Below, piece by piece: positions 20,250-29,741 of a stretch of 64,000 nt of DNA. The DNA comes from a virus. The DNA lies in IMG/VR virus record IMGVR_UViG_3300028920_000032, positions 32,001 to 96,000 of that record. The stretch is one strand, 5' to 3'. Every line of letters starts with the position of its first letter. Position 1 is the stretch's first letter. A program made the position numbers and the translations under genes. The notes beneath the pieces were generated by a model. It was not told the DNA's origin, did not search any database, and saw only the letters and a list, made by a program, of their open reading frames with translations.

Positions 20250-20571
20250 GTGGTAATATCAATTATAACAAAGAAAAATAAAAAAGAGATATTAGTCAAA
20301 TCATATAAAATTATAAATAAAAAAATTATTATAAATGGTGATTATACAATCAAACGAATGGACTATATTAAATATGAATGCAAAAAGTGTAAAAATATAA
20401 CAAAAGAAAAATTTAAGTTAAAAGTGAACTTTCTTGATGAGTTGTATATTTGCTCAAGCTGTAAAAGGAAGCTGTAAAAGGAAGCTGACTTGTATATCTA
20501 AATATGGTACAGATAGTATTAACAAAGTAACTGCAATTATTCACTCTTATTCTCATTTAATTGTTTCCTAA
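20250..20571 (+). pseudogene. Frameshifted remnant of a zinc-finger / TC..KYG-repeat homing-endonuclease-like gene
   Basis: Has GCATA motif and GGGAGG SD; two CxxC pairs; a 13-bp tandem duplication creates the stop at 20477; without it the frame continues CKRKLTCISKYGTDSINKV. Confidence 0.5.
20456..20487 (+). repeat. 13-bp tandem duplication AAGCTGTAAAAGG x2.5
   Basis: Seen directly in sequence. Confidence 0.9.
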
Positions 20572-20920
20572 TTTGTGCTTTCTTTTCAATAAGAAACCTA
20601 TAAGTCATTCTTACAATATCTCTTCTATGCATTCCTTCTTTAAGCATCTTTAATGCCTTTTGTTCTAGTTTAATGTGGCACTCATCACATAAAGTAATAA
20701 GATTACGATCATTGTTTGTTTGACTTATTCTCAATAAAATAATATGATGCGCATTAAGCTTCTTAACTTGTGATTTATGTCTGCCACATGCTCTGCATCT
20801 ATAACCATCTCTTTTATAGACTAATTCACGTATATCATCCCAACGCGGACCATATCTTTTCTTTCTGTTTAAACGTTCCCAGCGCTTTTTTTGTTTGTTA
20901 GATACACGTTTCTTGTTCAT
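20537..20920 (-). CDS. HNH endonuclease
   Basis: RDGYRCRACG...AHHI...NLITLCDECH. Confidence 0.92.
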   Translation of the reverse strand: MNKKRVSNKQKKRWERLNRKKRYGPRWDDIRELVYKRDGYRCRACGRHKSQVKKLNAHHIILLRISQTNNDRNLITLCDECHIKLEQKALKMLKEGMHRRDIVRMTYRFLIEKKAQIRKQLNENKSE

Positions 20921-20959
20921 TATTATTATCTTTAAGGTAAGTTGTTTATTTTAGAAGTT

Positions 20960-21385
20960 TTAGTACCACCAACCTTTTGGGTTTGCTTTCCAAAAAACAT
21001 TTTGTATTATAAGTTGTGGGTTCTTAGTTCTAAAAAAATGTTTTAATACTTTCTCACGAATTTCATTAAAAACTACAATATTATCTAAATTAAAATTTAA
21101 GACAATTTGAACTTTATATTTGTTATAAAATATGAAATTCAAATCTTTAATATCTTTTTTGTTGACTTTAATTTTTGTGTCACAAAGCTTGATTGACATA
21201 TATTTATGTTCCCAGTTTGAAAATTTATTTTTCCCTAAAAATATTTCAAACTGGCCAGTAATATATTCATCATCTATACAATATATATTACTATTTGGAC
21301 TAAATACAACATCACCAATTTTTGGTCTTTTTTTATTGCGTTCTCTTATACTATTATGTAGCTTTATTATTTGATCTCTTGTCAT
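20960..21385 (-). CDS. Hypothetical protein
   Basis: ORF in operon. Confidence 0.55.
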   Translation of the reverse strand: MTRDQIIKLHNSIRERNKKRPKIGDVVFSPNSNIYCIDDEYITGQFEIFLGKNKFSNWEHKYMSIKLCDTKIKVNKKDIKDLNFIFYNKYKVQIVLNFNLDNIVVFNEIREKVLKHFFRTKNPQLIIQNVFWKANPKGWWY

Positions 21386-21386
21386 G

Positions 21387-21605
21387 TTATTTTTCTTGAT
21401 ATTTAAAAAATAATTTTATTATCTTTCTCCTGTCTCTTATGACGTGATTATCTGCAATTTTGATGCGCTCAACACTTGAAAACTTACTTTCATAATATTT
21501 TTTCTTTATTTTAAAAAACACACTACCAATTAAATTAGAATAACCAACATCTAATTGAAACTCTCCTATTATTAAACGACTAGAAACTTCAACTGCACCT
21601 ATCAT
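21387..21605 (-). CDS. Hypothetical protein with RRKIIKLFF tag
   Basis: ORF coupled to neighbours. Confidence 0.55.
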   Translation of the reverse strand: MIGAVEVSSRLIIGEFQLDVGYSNLIGSVFFKIKKKYYESKFSSVERIKIADNHVIRDRRKIIKLFFKYQEK

Positions 21606-22207
21606 TCTTCAACCTCATTAAATGCAACATAAATCATTGCATGTTTGATAAAATCTATAAAATCTTTTATTTCTTCTTCTATTTTATCTAAATTAGTTAA
21701 ATATTTATTAAATTTATATTTGAATTCATGCTCATCTCTCCACTCCCATTGTTTAGCATCTTTTACAGCATCAAATAATTCACTATAATATTCATCTTCC
21801 CATAACATATTCCAATGAAGTTGTGATTCATCTTCCCAGTTTGCATAGTATTGTTTTGAATCTCTGAATTCTTCCCAGTCTTTAAATTCTTTAAATTTAC
21901 CTTCAGCCTTTTCTTCTTCAAACCATTCTTTTACACTAGCTTCAATATAATCATCTATATTAGCAGCATGTTTTAACAAATCACTTATAACTTTTTTGCA
22001 TTTATTTATTCTAGCTTGATGTTCTTTTAACATTTTAGTAAAATTGGGAGGCACCGCTGGATTCTTTGGTAATCCAAATGTATTTAAAAATGATTGCGCG
22101 ACAGGATATTGCTCATACAGACAATCTGAATCCAAATAATTATACTCTTCTTCCATATAACTAAGAGGATCTTCATAATCTTCCCAGTCATTATAAGGTT
22201 CATACAT
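21602..22207 (-). CDS. Hypothetical acidic/aromatic-rich protein
   Basis: ORF with overlapping stop/start junctions. Confidence 0.6.
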   Translation of the reverse strand: MYEPYNDWEDYEDPLSYMEEEYNYLDSDCLYEQYPVAQSFLNTFGLPKNPAVPPNFTKMLKEHQARINKCKKVISDLLKHAANIDDYIEASVKEWFEEEKAEGKFKEFKDWEEFRDSKQYYANWEDESQLHWNMLWEDEYYSELFDAVKDAKQWEWRDEHEFKYKFNKYLTNLDKIEEEIKDFIDFIKHAMIYVAFNEVEE

Positions 22208-22551
22208 TATTTAACATCCATGTCATAATTAGTAATTACTCCGCCTTTGTCTAATTTGACAAATAACATAATATTATCACTAGTTTCTTTATCAGCACCT
22301 ATGAACTGAATGCTAATCACTTCATCTTTTTTTATAAAAATTTCAGCCCACTTAAACATATCAGTTGCACTTTTGATATTATCTAGAAATATATCTTGAC
22401 CGGTTTGATTCATATGGTCTTCTATCTTTACTTGAATAACTTTTTGCATTTCTGCTGACAATTGATCAGAAGCAATCATAACATTTTTGTTTTCTTTAGT
22501 CTCGCCTTTTTTATTAAATACAATGTCTATAATTTCATGTCTAAGATCCAT
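22207..22551 (-). CDS. Hypothetical protein
   Basis: ORF with AAGGA SD. Confidence 0.6.
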   Translation of the reverse strand: MDLRHEIIDIVFNKKGETKENKNVMIASDQLSAEMQKVIQVKIEDHMNQTGQDIFLDNIKSATDMFKWAEIFIKKDEVISIQFIGADKETSDNIMLFVKLDKGGVITNYDMDVK

Positions 22552-22561
22552 AAAATTTCCT

Positions 22562-22957
22562 TTAAAATATTTTATCTAATAATTCTTCTTTTACAGAATT
22601 AATCTTGTCTTCTAATTCTCCAAATTCTTCAAAAGTTATGTCACTCCACTTCTTGCCTTGGCAATACCAAACAAGGTATATTATTTTTATACTATTCAAG
22701 TAATTTCTAAATGGTTTAGAATTCTTTTTAATCCAGTTGCTAATTTCTTTAGTGTCTTGTAAAGACAATCCATGATTTAATAAATGTTCATGAATTTCAT
22801 GTATTTGAATTTCATTATCTATTTCAACACTATCTTCATGATGTATGAAAGCTTGAATATATTTTTTAAAGTATTCAAAAGTTTTTCTATCTTTTTCTAA
22901 TTCACAGAAAAGCATAGTTAACCTCCAGAAATATAATTTTCTATATTTCCTCCGCAA
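22562..22957 (-). CDS. Hypothetical protein
   Basis: ORF; true start probably the internal MLFCELE after GGAGG. Confidence 0.6.
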   Translation of the reverse strand: MRRKYRKLYFWRLTMLFCELEKDRKTFEYFKKYIQAFIHHEDSVEIDNEIQIHEIHEHLLNHGLSLQDTKEISNWIKKNSKPFRNYLNSIKIIYLVWYCQGKKWSDITFEEFGELEDKINSVKEELLDKIF

Positions 22958-22965
22958 AAAATATA

Positions 22966-23151
22966 TTATTCTGGTTTCTTTTTCTTAACTTTTTTCTTTT
23001 TATTCATCTTTCGTTTTTTATATTTAAAGTTTTTTCTGATTTCAGAATCTTCTTTACTTTTCAGCCAAAACTTTGAAACATGTCTTTTTGCAAAATGAGG
23101 GTCTAATTGTGTTAACATTTCAGTCAATTTAATTGCTTCATTTAACTTCAT
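22966..23151 (-). CDS. Small basic protein, putative head-internal (MKLNEA...)
   Basis: Lys-rich tail and MKxxE N-terminus. Confidence 0.55.
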   Translation of the reverse strand: MKLNEAIKLTEMLTQLDPHFAKRHVSKFWLKSKEDSEIRKNFKYKKRKMNKKKKVKKKKPE

Positions 23152-23302
23152 CTTTTTTCTTTTTCCTTTTTTTCTTTTTCGTGCTTTTAATAGCCGTATA
23201 TCCAGCTGGTACTTTTCTTCTAACTATTGGACTAACTCTTTTTTTGATACCTTCTACATCTGCTGCTTGTGTTGCTATTTCAAGCGCTTCCTGAAATTTC
23301 AT
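23138..23302 (-). CDS. Small basic protein not in the ORF track (MKFQEALEIATQAADVEG...KKKKRKKKKDEVK)
   Basis: Manual translation, 54 aa; AAGGAG SD; ATGA overlap with the upstream gene. Confidence 0.6.
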   Translation of the reverse strand: MKFQEALEIATQAADVEGIKKRVSPIVRRKVPAGYTAIKSTKKKKRKKKKDEVK

Positions 23303-24600
23303 TTTTTTACTCCTTTCAATTTTGTTTGTTGCGTACCAAACTTTCTCCTTATTGCACCGTACTTTCTTTGTAGAAAGAATTTACCAGGAACATCATGGAC
23401 TCTGAATGTCCATGTGTCTAATTTTCTATTCAGCTCTCCAACTCTAGCATCAAACCAAGCTTCACCAACCATCCTTAGTTTACCAGATATAAGAACTTCA
23501 TTATCTTTTGATGATGTTATGTCGACTATTTCGAAATTTGCTTTTCTTGTTGCAAAGAACTCTAATACCGTTCCTTCGAATATTCTATTTGCTGTACTAC
23601 AAGTTATACCTTTTTCTCTGAACAGAGCTTTCATTCCTGTTGAATTTATATCTTTAGTTAATTGAATTGCCAATTCATCTTCAGGTATTTCTAACTCTTC
23701 ACCTTTTTCACTTTTTGGATATTTGTGAGCTGCTTTTTCTTTTTTAATCTCAACTAATAAAGTTTTTAAATATTTTTGTAAGTTTAATTCTTCAAATTTT
23801 CCTTTTTCAAAATCTCGGAAATGTTTTAGAGTTAATCTAGCCAATTGTTCATCACTTGTAATTTTATAATTATCTAATAACCATTTAGCAAATTTTGTAG
23901 CAATTCCTTTTTTAGCTTCGAATTTGTCTTGAACTATTTGTACTATATCAGCCTGACGTTTAAAGTTTTCTTCAGCTCCAGCTTCTAAAGTTTTTATATC
24001 ACTTAATGCATCAACAACTTCTTCATCAGTGGCTACTTTAAAACTAGTTTTTTTGTTTTTAAGACGAGTGTCACTAGCTTTTAATGTTATTTCCCCAGCA
24101 TATGGAGTACTTACGTCAAATTTATCAACGTTAAATCTTATATCGTTGTTGCTTTCTTTCATCTTTATTCTGAATGTAGTATCTGCCGTCAGTGTTCCAT
24201 GCAATATAACTCTAAATTGAAATGGTCTATATCTAGCTGCACCATGATGTGCATCAGCTGTTAATTTAAATGATTTACCCATAGACTTAGCTAGGTCATT
24301 CATTATCCTTCCATCCATCAATGGAAGTAACCATACTTTCTTATCTTTTTCTTGCGGCCAGTCAGCACTGTCAACTGGAGGTTTCATATAATACATAACA
24401 TTAGTTGCAAGATATTGTATCTTTTTTGTAGTTTGAACATCATCAGCGGCAATATTTTGTGTTGGTACTTGTTGCTGCACTTGTTGTGGTTGCTGCGCTA
24501 CATTAGTAGGAGGCGTTGGTGTTTCTTCTGGAGGCTCTTGTTCAATTAATAAATCAAGCATCTTTTTGACTCTATTTTCAAACTTCTTTTTTCTAATCAT
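23299..24600 (-). CDS. Hypothetical, putative virion-internal protein
   Basis: N-terminal LLIEQE followed by a P/Q-rich linker. Confidence 0.55.
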   Translation of the reverse strand: MIRKKKFENRVKKMLDLLIEQEPPEETPTPPTNVAQQPQQVQQQVPTQNIAADDVQTTKKIQYLATNVMYYMKPPVDSADWPQEKDKKVWLLPLMDGRIMNDLAKSMGKSFKLTADAHHGAARYRPFQFRVILHGTLTADTTFRIKMKESNNDIRFNVDKFDVSTPYAGEITLKASDTRLKNKKTSFKVATDEEVVDALSDIKTLEAGAEENFKRQADIVQIVQDKFEAKKGIATKFAKWLLDNYKITSDEQLARLTLKHFRDFEKGKFEELNLQKYLKTLLVEIKKEKAAHKYPKSEKGEELEIPEDELAIQLTKDINSTGMKALFREKGITCSTANRIFEGTVLEFFATRKANFEIVDITSSKDNEVLISGKLRMVGEAWFDARVGELNRKLDTWTFRVHDVPGKFFLQRKYGAIRRKFGTQQTKLKGVKK

Positions 24601-24603
24601 TCT

Positions 24604-25227
24604 TTATTTCCTTTTTGTTATCGATTTATAGACTAAAGAACCAGCTCCAGCTAACGCTATCATAATGGAATATTTCATTTTAACAATGAATTTATTATAT
24701 TGCATATCAGCTTCATAGATAAACCAATTATAATTAACTTTTTTTAAAATTTTAAATTTATCTTTAAATAAAGTTTTTTGATTTTCTTTTAAGAATTTTT
24801 TAAATTTTTTTTCTATAAAACTTTTAAATGTTGCATGCGGAACTTTATTTGTTATAACAAGAGGCAATGATTTTTTCCATTTCCACTCTAATGTTCTTGG
24901 AAACTCATAGGAAACTTTTGGATTTTTTAGAAAATTATCTTTTAGCCATCGCATTGCTCTAAATGCCACTGTAATCCTACGACTTGTTATTTCTTTTACA
25001 AAAATATAGTCTTTCTTTATGTCATCACTGATAGTTTCTTCAATTTCTTTCTTTAACTCTTTTTCACTTATTTTGTCTTCACTCTTTGCAGTTACTGGCC
25101 AAATAGGGTTGACATAGAGAAGAAATTCATTTTTGTGTGATTCGTAATTATACCAATCAAAACTTTTAGGTTTGATTTTGTCTTTCTTCCCCATTTTTAA
25201 ATCTTTCTCTTGTAACAGTTTTTTCAT
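24604..25227 (-). CDS. Hypothetical basic protein (MKKLLQE...)
   Basis: ORF in operon. Confidence 0.55.
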   Translation of the reverse strand: MKKLLQEKDLKMGKKDKIKPKSFDWYNYESHKNEFLLYVNPIWPVTAKSEDKISEKELKKEIEETISDDIKKDYIFVKEITSRRITVAFRAMRWLKDNFLKNPKVSYEFPRTLEWKWKKSLPLVITNKVPHATFKSFIEKKFKKFLKENQKTLFKDKFKILKKVNYNWFIYEADMQYNKFIVKMKYSIMIALAGAGSLVYKSITKRK

Positions 25228-25591
25228 AACTTAAATCAAAAATTCTTCTATATTTGAAATCTGAAAAGAATCCTTCACCAGCAATATTGCGTGAAGTAAA
25301 TATTATTGTCGGTTCTCGACCGCGTATGGCTGAAATTTCGTTAATAATAAATACACATGCAATAGGAAGTCCAGGTAGATTTACCACAAACGGCTGATCG
25401 CTTAATATATACTTCTTTTGCTTTACTACTATATCATGACATTGTAAATATGGATTCTTTGACAAGTCTAGATTTACTTTAACCATGATCTGTTCACATG
25501 TCTTTGCGTCGACTTCTTCTTCGATGCTTTTTAACACTTCGTCTCTTAATTTCGCTCCGAAATTAAGTAAATATACTTTTTCATGAGACAC
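25166..25591 (-). CDS. Csx15-like protein (CRISPR type III-associated cOA-binding/ring-nuclease candidate family)
   Basis: By-eye colinear match to Csx15: LLNF..L..E.L..IE, V.VNLD..NP..Q...IV, VVNLPGL...IINEI....G..PTII, IFDL.....TRER; 141 aa. Confidence 0.65.
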   Translation of the reverse strand: MSHEKVYLLNFGAKLRDEVLKSIEEEVDAKTCEQIMVKVNLDLSKNPYLQCHDIVVKQKKYILSDQPFVVNLPGLPIACVFIINEISAIRGREPTIIFTSRNIAGEGFFSDFKYRRIFDLSYEKTVTRERFKNGEERQNQT

Positions 25592-25615
25592 AACTTACCA
25601 CCTTCATAAATAATA

Positions 25616-25628
25616 TTTTAATTATCTT
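25616..25628 (-). promoter_or_regulatory. Putative late promoter AAGATAATTAAAA
   Basis: Exact copy of the motif, upstream of the 25591-onward operon. Confidence 0.65.
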
Positions 25629-25643
25629 GATAAATTGCGTTAA

Positions 25644-26321
25644 TTACTCATAATATGCCCAATGATATTTCCCTGCTCTTTTATATTGTCCTCTACAACA
25701 TAAACAAATACTCGTATAATTAGTTTTTGTAATAATTGATGCTTCTTTCATGCTTTCAAAAATTTGGCCAGTGTCTAAATTTATAACTGATTTTGATAAG
25801 TTCTTTTTATGCTTTTCAGAAAGATGTTTACCATAATTAGGATGATTCTTACCCTTATTAGATTTAGATATCTTTCTCTTTGTTTTTTCAGAGCGACATT
25901 TTCCTTTAAGTGAATTGGATATTTTTTCTCTTGTTTCTGCAGAAGGATTTTTATTTGCATCTGATATTTTTTTCTTATGTTCATCAGAAAGTTTTACTCC
26001 CTTCTTAGCTTTGGACATCTTTTCTCTTGATTCTTTAGAATAATATTTATTTTTATTACCACCAGAATCTAGATTATAACCTTTAGGATGCATTGCATCT
26101 AATCTTTTTATCATTTCTTTTTCAAAATAATCAAGTAATTCTTCTGGTACTACAAAAACAAATATGCTAAAATTTTTAATACCATATTTTCTTAGCGCTC
26201 TATTAATTATTTGTTTTTTATTTCTTAAGTGGCTTTTTAAACGAATTGTAAAAGTTCGAGTCGTTTGACCTACATAACATTTATTGTTTATTTTATTTTC
26301 TAAAATATATATTTGAGGCAT
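25644..26321 (-). CDS. Free-standing GIY-YIG homing endonuclease with NUMOD3/NUMOD1 repeats
   Basis: QIYILENKINNKCYVGQT...GYNL; SKESREKMSKAKKG repeats; C-terminal SICLCCRGQYKRAGKYHW. Confidence 0.92.
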   Translation of the reverse strand: MPQIYILENKINNKCYVGQTTRTFTIRLKSHLRNKKQIINRALRKYGIKNFSIFVFVVPEELLDYFEKEMIKRLDAMHPKGYNLDSGGNKNKYYSKESREKMSKAKKGVKLSDEHKKKISDANKNPSAETREKISNSLKGKCRSEKTKRKISKSNKGKNHPNYGKHLSEKHKKNLSKSVINLDTGQIFESMKEASIITKTNYTSICLCCRGQYKRAGKYHWAYYE

Positions 26322-26340
26322 ATATACTTAGCTTTATAAT

Positions 26341-27339
26341 CTAGCTGAAAATTGCAGAAATTGTTGCAAACTCTTCTAATAAAGATAATAATTTATGTTT
26401 GAAATAGAATTTTTGGATTTCTTTCAGGTTGATTTTATCAACATCTACAAACAAAGATTTGTTAATAGTTAAATTTTTTAAGATTGGATTGTTGCTAATT
26501 TTGATAAGTGTCAAATTTCTTTTAATTATTTCTAAATTTTCTTTAACAATATTTAATTTATTTGATACATCTTTCTTTGTTTTCTTTGGAATAGCATTCT
26601 CTATTACATTAAGAATTTCTATGCCACTGGCTATCTCACGAGCTGCTTTAAGTGCTTTCTTTTCGCCAAAACCTGGAACACCTCCTATATCATCTGTTTT
26701 GTCACCCTTAAATGCTTTGTATATGACTACGTCATAATCTTTTGGTATGTTTACATAAATGTCTTTGATTGGGTGATATACTTTTACATTCTTAAATTCT
26801 TGAGCGATTTGTACAAGATCACTGTCAGATGAAACAATAATTACTGTATTATGTTTGCTTAAAAATTTAGAATATAAATATATAATGTCATCAGCTTCTA
26901 AGCCTTCGACACCAATTTGTGACATAGGATAATAATTTAAAACATTCTTAATTTCATTAATATTGTTAAAGAGAATTTCCCATATGGGATCATGTTCATA
27001 ATCGCGACGACATTTATAATCGGGATAAACTTGTTTTCTCCACTCATGTGAGTTTGGATTGTCCCAAGTCATTATAAATGTTCCTGTAAATTTTTTAAAA
27101 TGTTTGTGTAGCTTTCTAAAAAAAACTAGAAGCATCATCCCGCTAATTGCTTTATAATCTTCTTTTTCAATTTGAACATTTTGTTTTGCTTCTTTTTCTG
27201 CAACCCATACTGTCTTGCCTTTCTTTGTAAGAGACTCTACATATTGTTTAATTTTGTTTTTTAAGATTATTGATTTAGCTCTGTGAAATGCAATATGTGC
27301 AAGATTATTTCCATCTAATAATATATACTTTTCATCCAT
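26341..27339 (-). CDS. RNase H / 5'-3' exonuclease (FEN, T4 Rnh-like)
   Basis: LLDGNN, YPDYKCRR, EADDII, SSDSDL, GDKTDDIGGVPGFGEKKA. Confidence 0.93.
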   Translation of the reverse strand: MDEKYILLDGNNLAHIAFHRAKSIILKNKIKQYVESLTKKGKTVWVAEKEAKQNVQIEKEDYKAISGMMLLVFFRKLHKHFKKFTGTFIMTWDNPNSHEWRKQVYPDYKCRRDYEHDPIWEILFNNINEIKNVLNYYPMSQIGVEGLEADDIIYLYSKFLSKHNTVIIVSSDSDLVQIAQEFKNVKVYHPIKDIYVNIPKDYDVVIYKAFKGDKTDDIGGVPGFGEKKALKAAREIASGIEILNVIENAIPKKTKKDVSNKLNIVKENLEIIKRNLTLIKISNNPILKNLTINKSLFVDVDKINLKEIQKFYFKHKLLSLLEEFATISAIFS

Positions 27340-27370
27340 AATATTATATATGCTAGAAAAATTTTAATAA

Positions 27371-27529
27371 TTAGTCGTTTAATACTTGCAATTCATTGTT
27401 TAAATATTTCTTTGAGACTTCTTCTTCGCTACCATAAGCCTCTAATAAATATTCAACAGTAGTTCCTAATTGTTTGGCAACATACTCTATATTTAATGTT
27501 ACTTCTTTTTGGTTATTGCTACTTGTCAT
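27371..27529 (-). CDS. Small hypothetical protein (MTSSNNQKEVTLNIEYVAKQLGTTVEYLL...), possible HTH
   Basis: Manual translation, 52 aa, GGAGG SD. Confidence 0.55.
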   Translation of the reverse strand: MTSSNNQKEVTLNIEYVAKQLGTTVEYLLEAYGSEEEVSKKYLNNELQVLND

Positions 27530-28341
27530 TATTTTCCTCCACTAACTATTTCATAAGTTTCTTTATTCGTAGTCTCAATTGTTTCAATTAAATAGCATTG
27601 ATCATCAATTTTTGGACTTACAAATAAACTTGCATCTATATAAAGCTCATTTTCTTTTTTAGAAATAAACATAGGTGCTACTACAACTGGTGCATTAAAT
27701 AAACATGCTTTTGTGTCCCAAGTTAATAAATATCTTGTTTTTTCTTTAGTTGTTTGTCTAACTACTATATTAGAGCCAAATGCACAACCTTTCATTTTTA
27801 CAAAAATATCATTTGCTCCATCTATCATTATTCTTTTTAATATGTCGCGTAAAAGACCTTTAGTTGTGTCTTTTCTTCCAAGTGTTTTTGATGGTTTTAT
27901 TTTGGAAAATATTAGTCTGTTGTGAATCAACCACATATCACCTAATTTATAATGTTGATTTTTAGTTATAGTTATAGTTGCGGCCTTAATTGAAACCATC
28001 ATTTCTGGTATACCATTACTTGTCATATTTTTTGATAAGTCATAATCTAAATAAAACACTTGGCCCGCAGAAGTTTTTGGAATTGGTTGCAATGAAAAAT
28101 ATATTGGACGAGCTGAATGCATTGCAATTAATTGATTTAAGTCATATTCATTTAATTCAAAAGTAGCACAATTTATAAGCAACAATAAATCTTCTTCGAT
28201 TTCTGTTGCTTTTTTATATTTTTGTTTTAGTATTGGTTGATTTTCACAAACCTCATCAAAATATTTTTCTTTATTAAATTTTCCCACTATCATCTCTAGC
28301 TCTTCCTCTGGCAAATGCTTCTTCAATTTTTTTGTTATCAT
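27529..28341 (-). CDS. Degenerate major-capsid-like (gp23/gp24) protein
   Basis: LIA...FSLQPIPKTSAGQVFYLDY resembles the gp23 VQPM..P.G..F.L motif. Confidence 0.4.
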   Translation of the reverse strand: MITKKLKKHLPEEELEMIVGKFNKEKYFDEVCENQPILKQKYKKATEIEEDLLLLINCATFELNEYDLNQLIAMHSARPIYFSLQPIPKTSAGQVFYLDYDLSKNMTSNGIPEMMVSIKAATITITKNQHYKLGDMWLIHNRLIFSKIKPSKTLGRKDTTKGLLRDILKRIMIDGANDIFVKMKGCAFGSNIVVRQTTKEKTRYLLTWDTKACLFNAPVVVAPMFISKKENELYIDASLFVSPKIDDQCYLIETIETTNKETYEIVSGGK

Positions 28342-28804
28342 ATTGATCCATCAAAGGAAGCACTTTGCCATAATAGGTAATTAATAAATCGTCTAAATAC
28401 TCTCGATCAATATGTAGTCTATACATATTCTCAAGTTGAGTAGTAAAGAAATCTGGAACAGGACTTTTATCTTCAATGTTTTTTATATCATTGCCAACAA
28501 TAATTTTCTCTGCAGCTTGTGTGATTTCATTATTTTCTAATTCTAATTTCTTAATTTTTTCTTGAGTTTCTGGTTTAAGTAAGTTATATGTTTGTTTTGC
28601 TCTTTCTTTGTCACCATTTAGAAAAAAATCAGCACCTCTTACATGTATATATAATAACATCTGAGAATCTTCCATACTATAACCAAGATCATCGCATATT
28701 GCTCTTATTTTTAAACCAGCTTGTAAATATTGTTCAAATAATCTTTGTTGATCTAGCAAAATATCTTCATTCATATTATATTCCTTTTTGTTTAAAGTCA
28801 TCAC
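28274..28804 (-). CDS. Hypothetical protein
   Basis: ORF in operon. Confidence 0.6.
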   Translation of the reverse strand: MMTLNKKEYNMNEDILLDQQRLFEQYLQAGLKIRAICDDLGYSMEDSQMLLYIHVRGADFFLNGDKERAKQTYNLLKPETQEKIKKLELENNEITQAAEKIIVGNDIKNIEDKSPVPDFFTTQLENMYRLHIDREYLDDLLITYYGKVLPLMDQYDNKKIEEAFARGRARDDSGKI

Positions 28805-29264
28805 AATTCTTTTTTATTTTAATCCCAATTTCTCTAGAATACATACATATTCTATTTTTCTTTCTAAAATATTCACAACTGATGCAACCATTATTCATAG
28901 GTATATCAGTTGTTATATCAAAATTCTTTTCAGAATTGTCATATTCTATAGGATTTAATCTTTCATACATTATAACAACAAGATTGTTGAATATTGTCTT
29001 TTTTCGGAAAACAATATTTTCACCATCACCTATATAATACTTTTCCAGCTCTGAGTTTAAAGCATGATAACCAACATACTTGTCGTCTGTAAAATATTTT
29101 AGTAGAGTGCTATTACTTGTTACTAAACGGAAATTCTGGTAGATATTATTATAATCTTCTTGAGTTTCCAAGTATACTCTTATTTTGGCCTTTATAATTC
29201 CCTGAGTTCCGTTGTTCTCTTTCGAATTCTTCTGTTTCAAATGCTTCAGTATCATATTTCTCAA
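28776..29264 (-). CDS. Hypothetical protein with C-terminal Cys cluster
   Basis: CISCEYF...C...NCDDF. Confidence 0.55.
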   Translation of the reverse strand: MRNMILKHLKQKNSKENNGTQGIIKAKIRVYLETQEDYNNIYQNFRLVTSNSTLLKYFTDDKYVGYHALNSELEKYYIGDGENIVFRKKTIFNNLVVIMYERLNPIEYDNSEKNFDITTDIPMNNGCISCEYFRKKNRICMYSREIGIKIKKNCDDFKQKGI

Positions 29265-29364
29265 ATAACCTTACTTGTTTTTCAATTAAAAATATGCTTT
29301 TTTCTAACAACTTTTTGATATCACACAATAAATTTATTAATTGTTCTTCTCTTTTTTCATCCAT
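29149..29364 (-). CDS. Hypothetical protein
   Basis: ORF overlapping the downstream gene. Confidence 0.45.
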   Translation of the reverse strand: MDEKREEQLINLLCDIKKLLEKSIFLIEKQVRLFEKYDTEAFETEEFEREQRNSGNYKGQNKSILGNSRRL

Positions 29365-29366
29365 TT

Positions 29367-29741
29367 TTAAATCCTGTCAATAATATTTTTTAATGCTTTA
29401 ACTTGCTCTTTTAACAAATTAATAATCGAAGCCTCGACATCTGCATATTCAAAATAATTATCGTCTCCTATTTGAGTACTATTTTGTGACATAGGTGCTG
29501 GACTCGGACAATTGTCTATACCATGTCTAGACATATTTATAGTGTTTCTAATATCATCACAAATACGATTGATTTTTGGTGCCACGTCTTCTAAATAAAG
29601 ATCAGATTCAATATCATCTCCTTGTACTGTTTGTTGAACGGCTTGATCTAATTCTTTATGTAAACTAGACATAGCGTCGTCTACATCAGATGTTTTGATA
29701 ATTTCAATTTCATCTTCTTTTACCATTTTTTTATTTAACAT
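29367..29741 (-). CDS. Hypothetical protein
   Basis: ORF in operon. Confidence 0.55.
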   Translation of the reverse strand: MLNKKMVKEDEIEIIKTSDVDDAMSSLHKELDQAVQQTVQGDDIESDLYLEDVAPKINRICDDIRNTINMSRHGIDNCPSPAPMSQNSTQIGDDNYFEYADVEASIINLLKEQVKALKNIIDRI

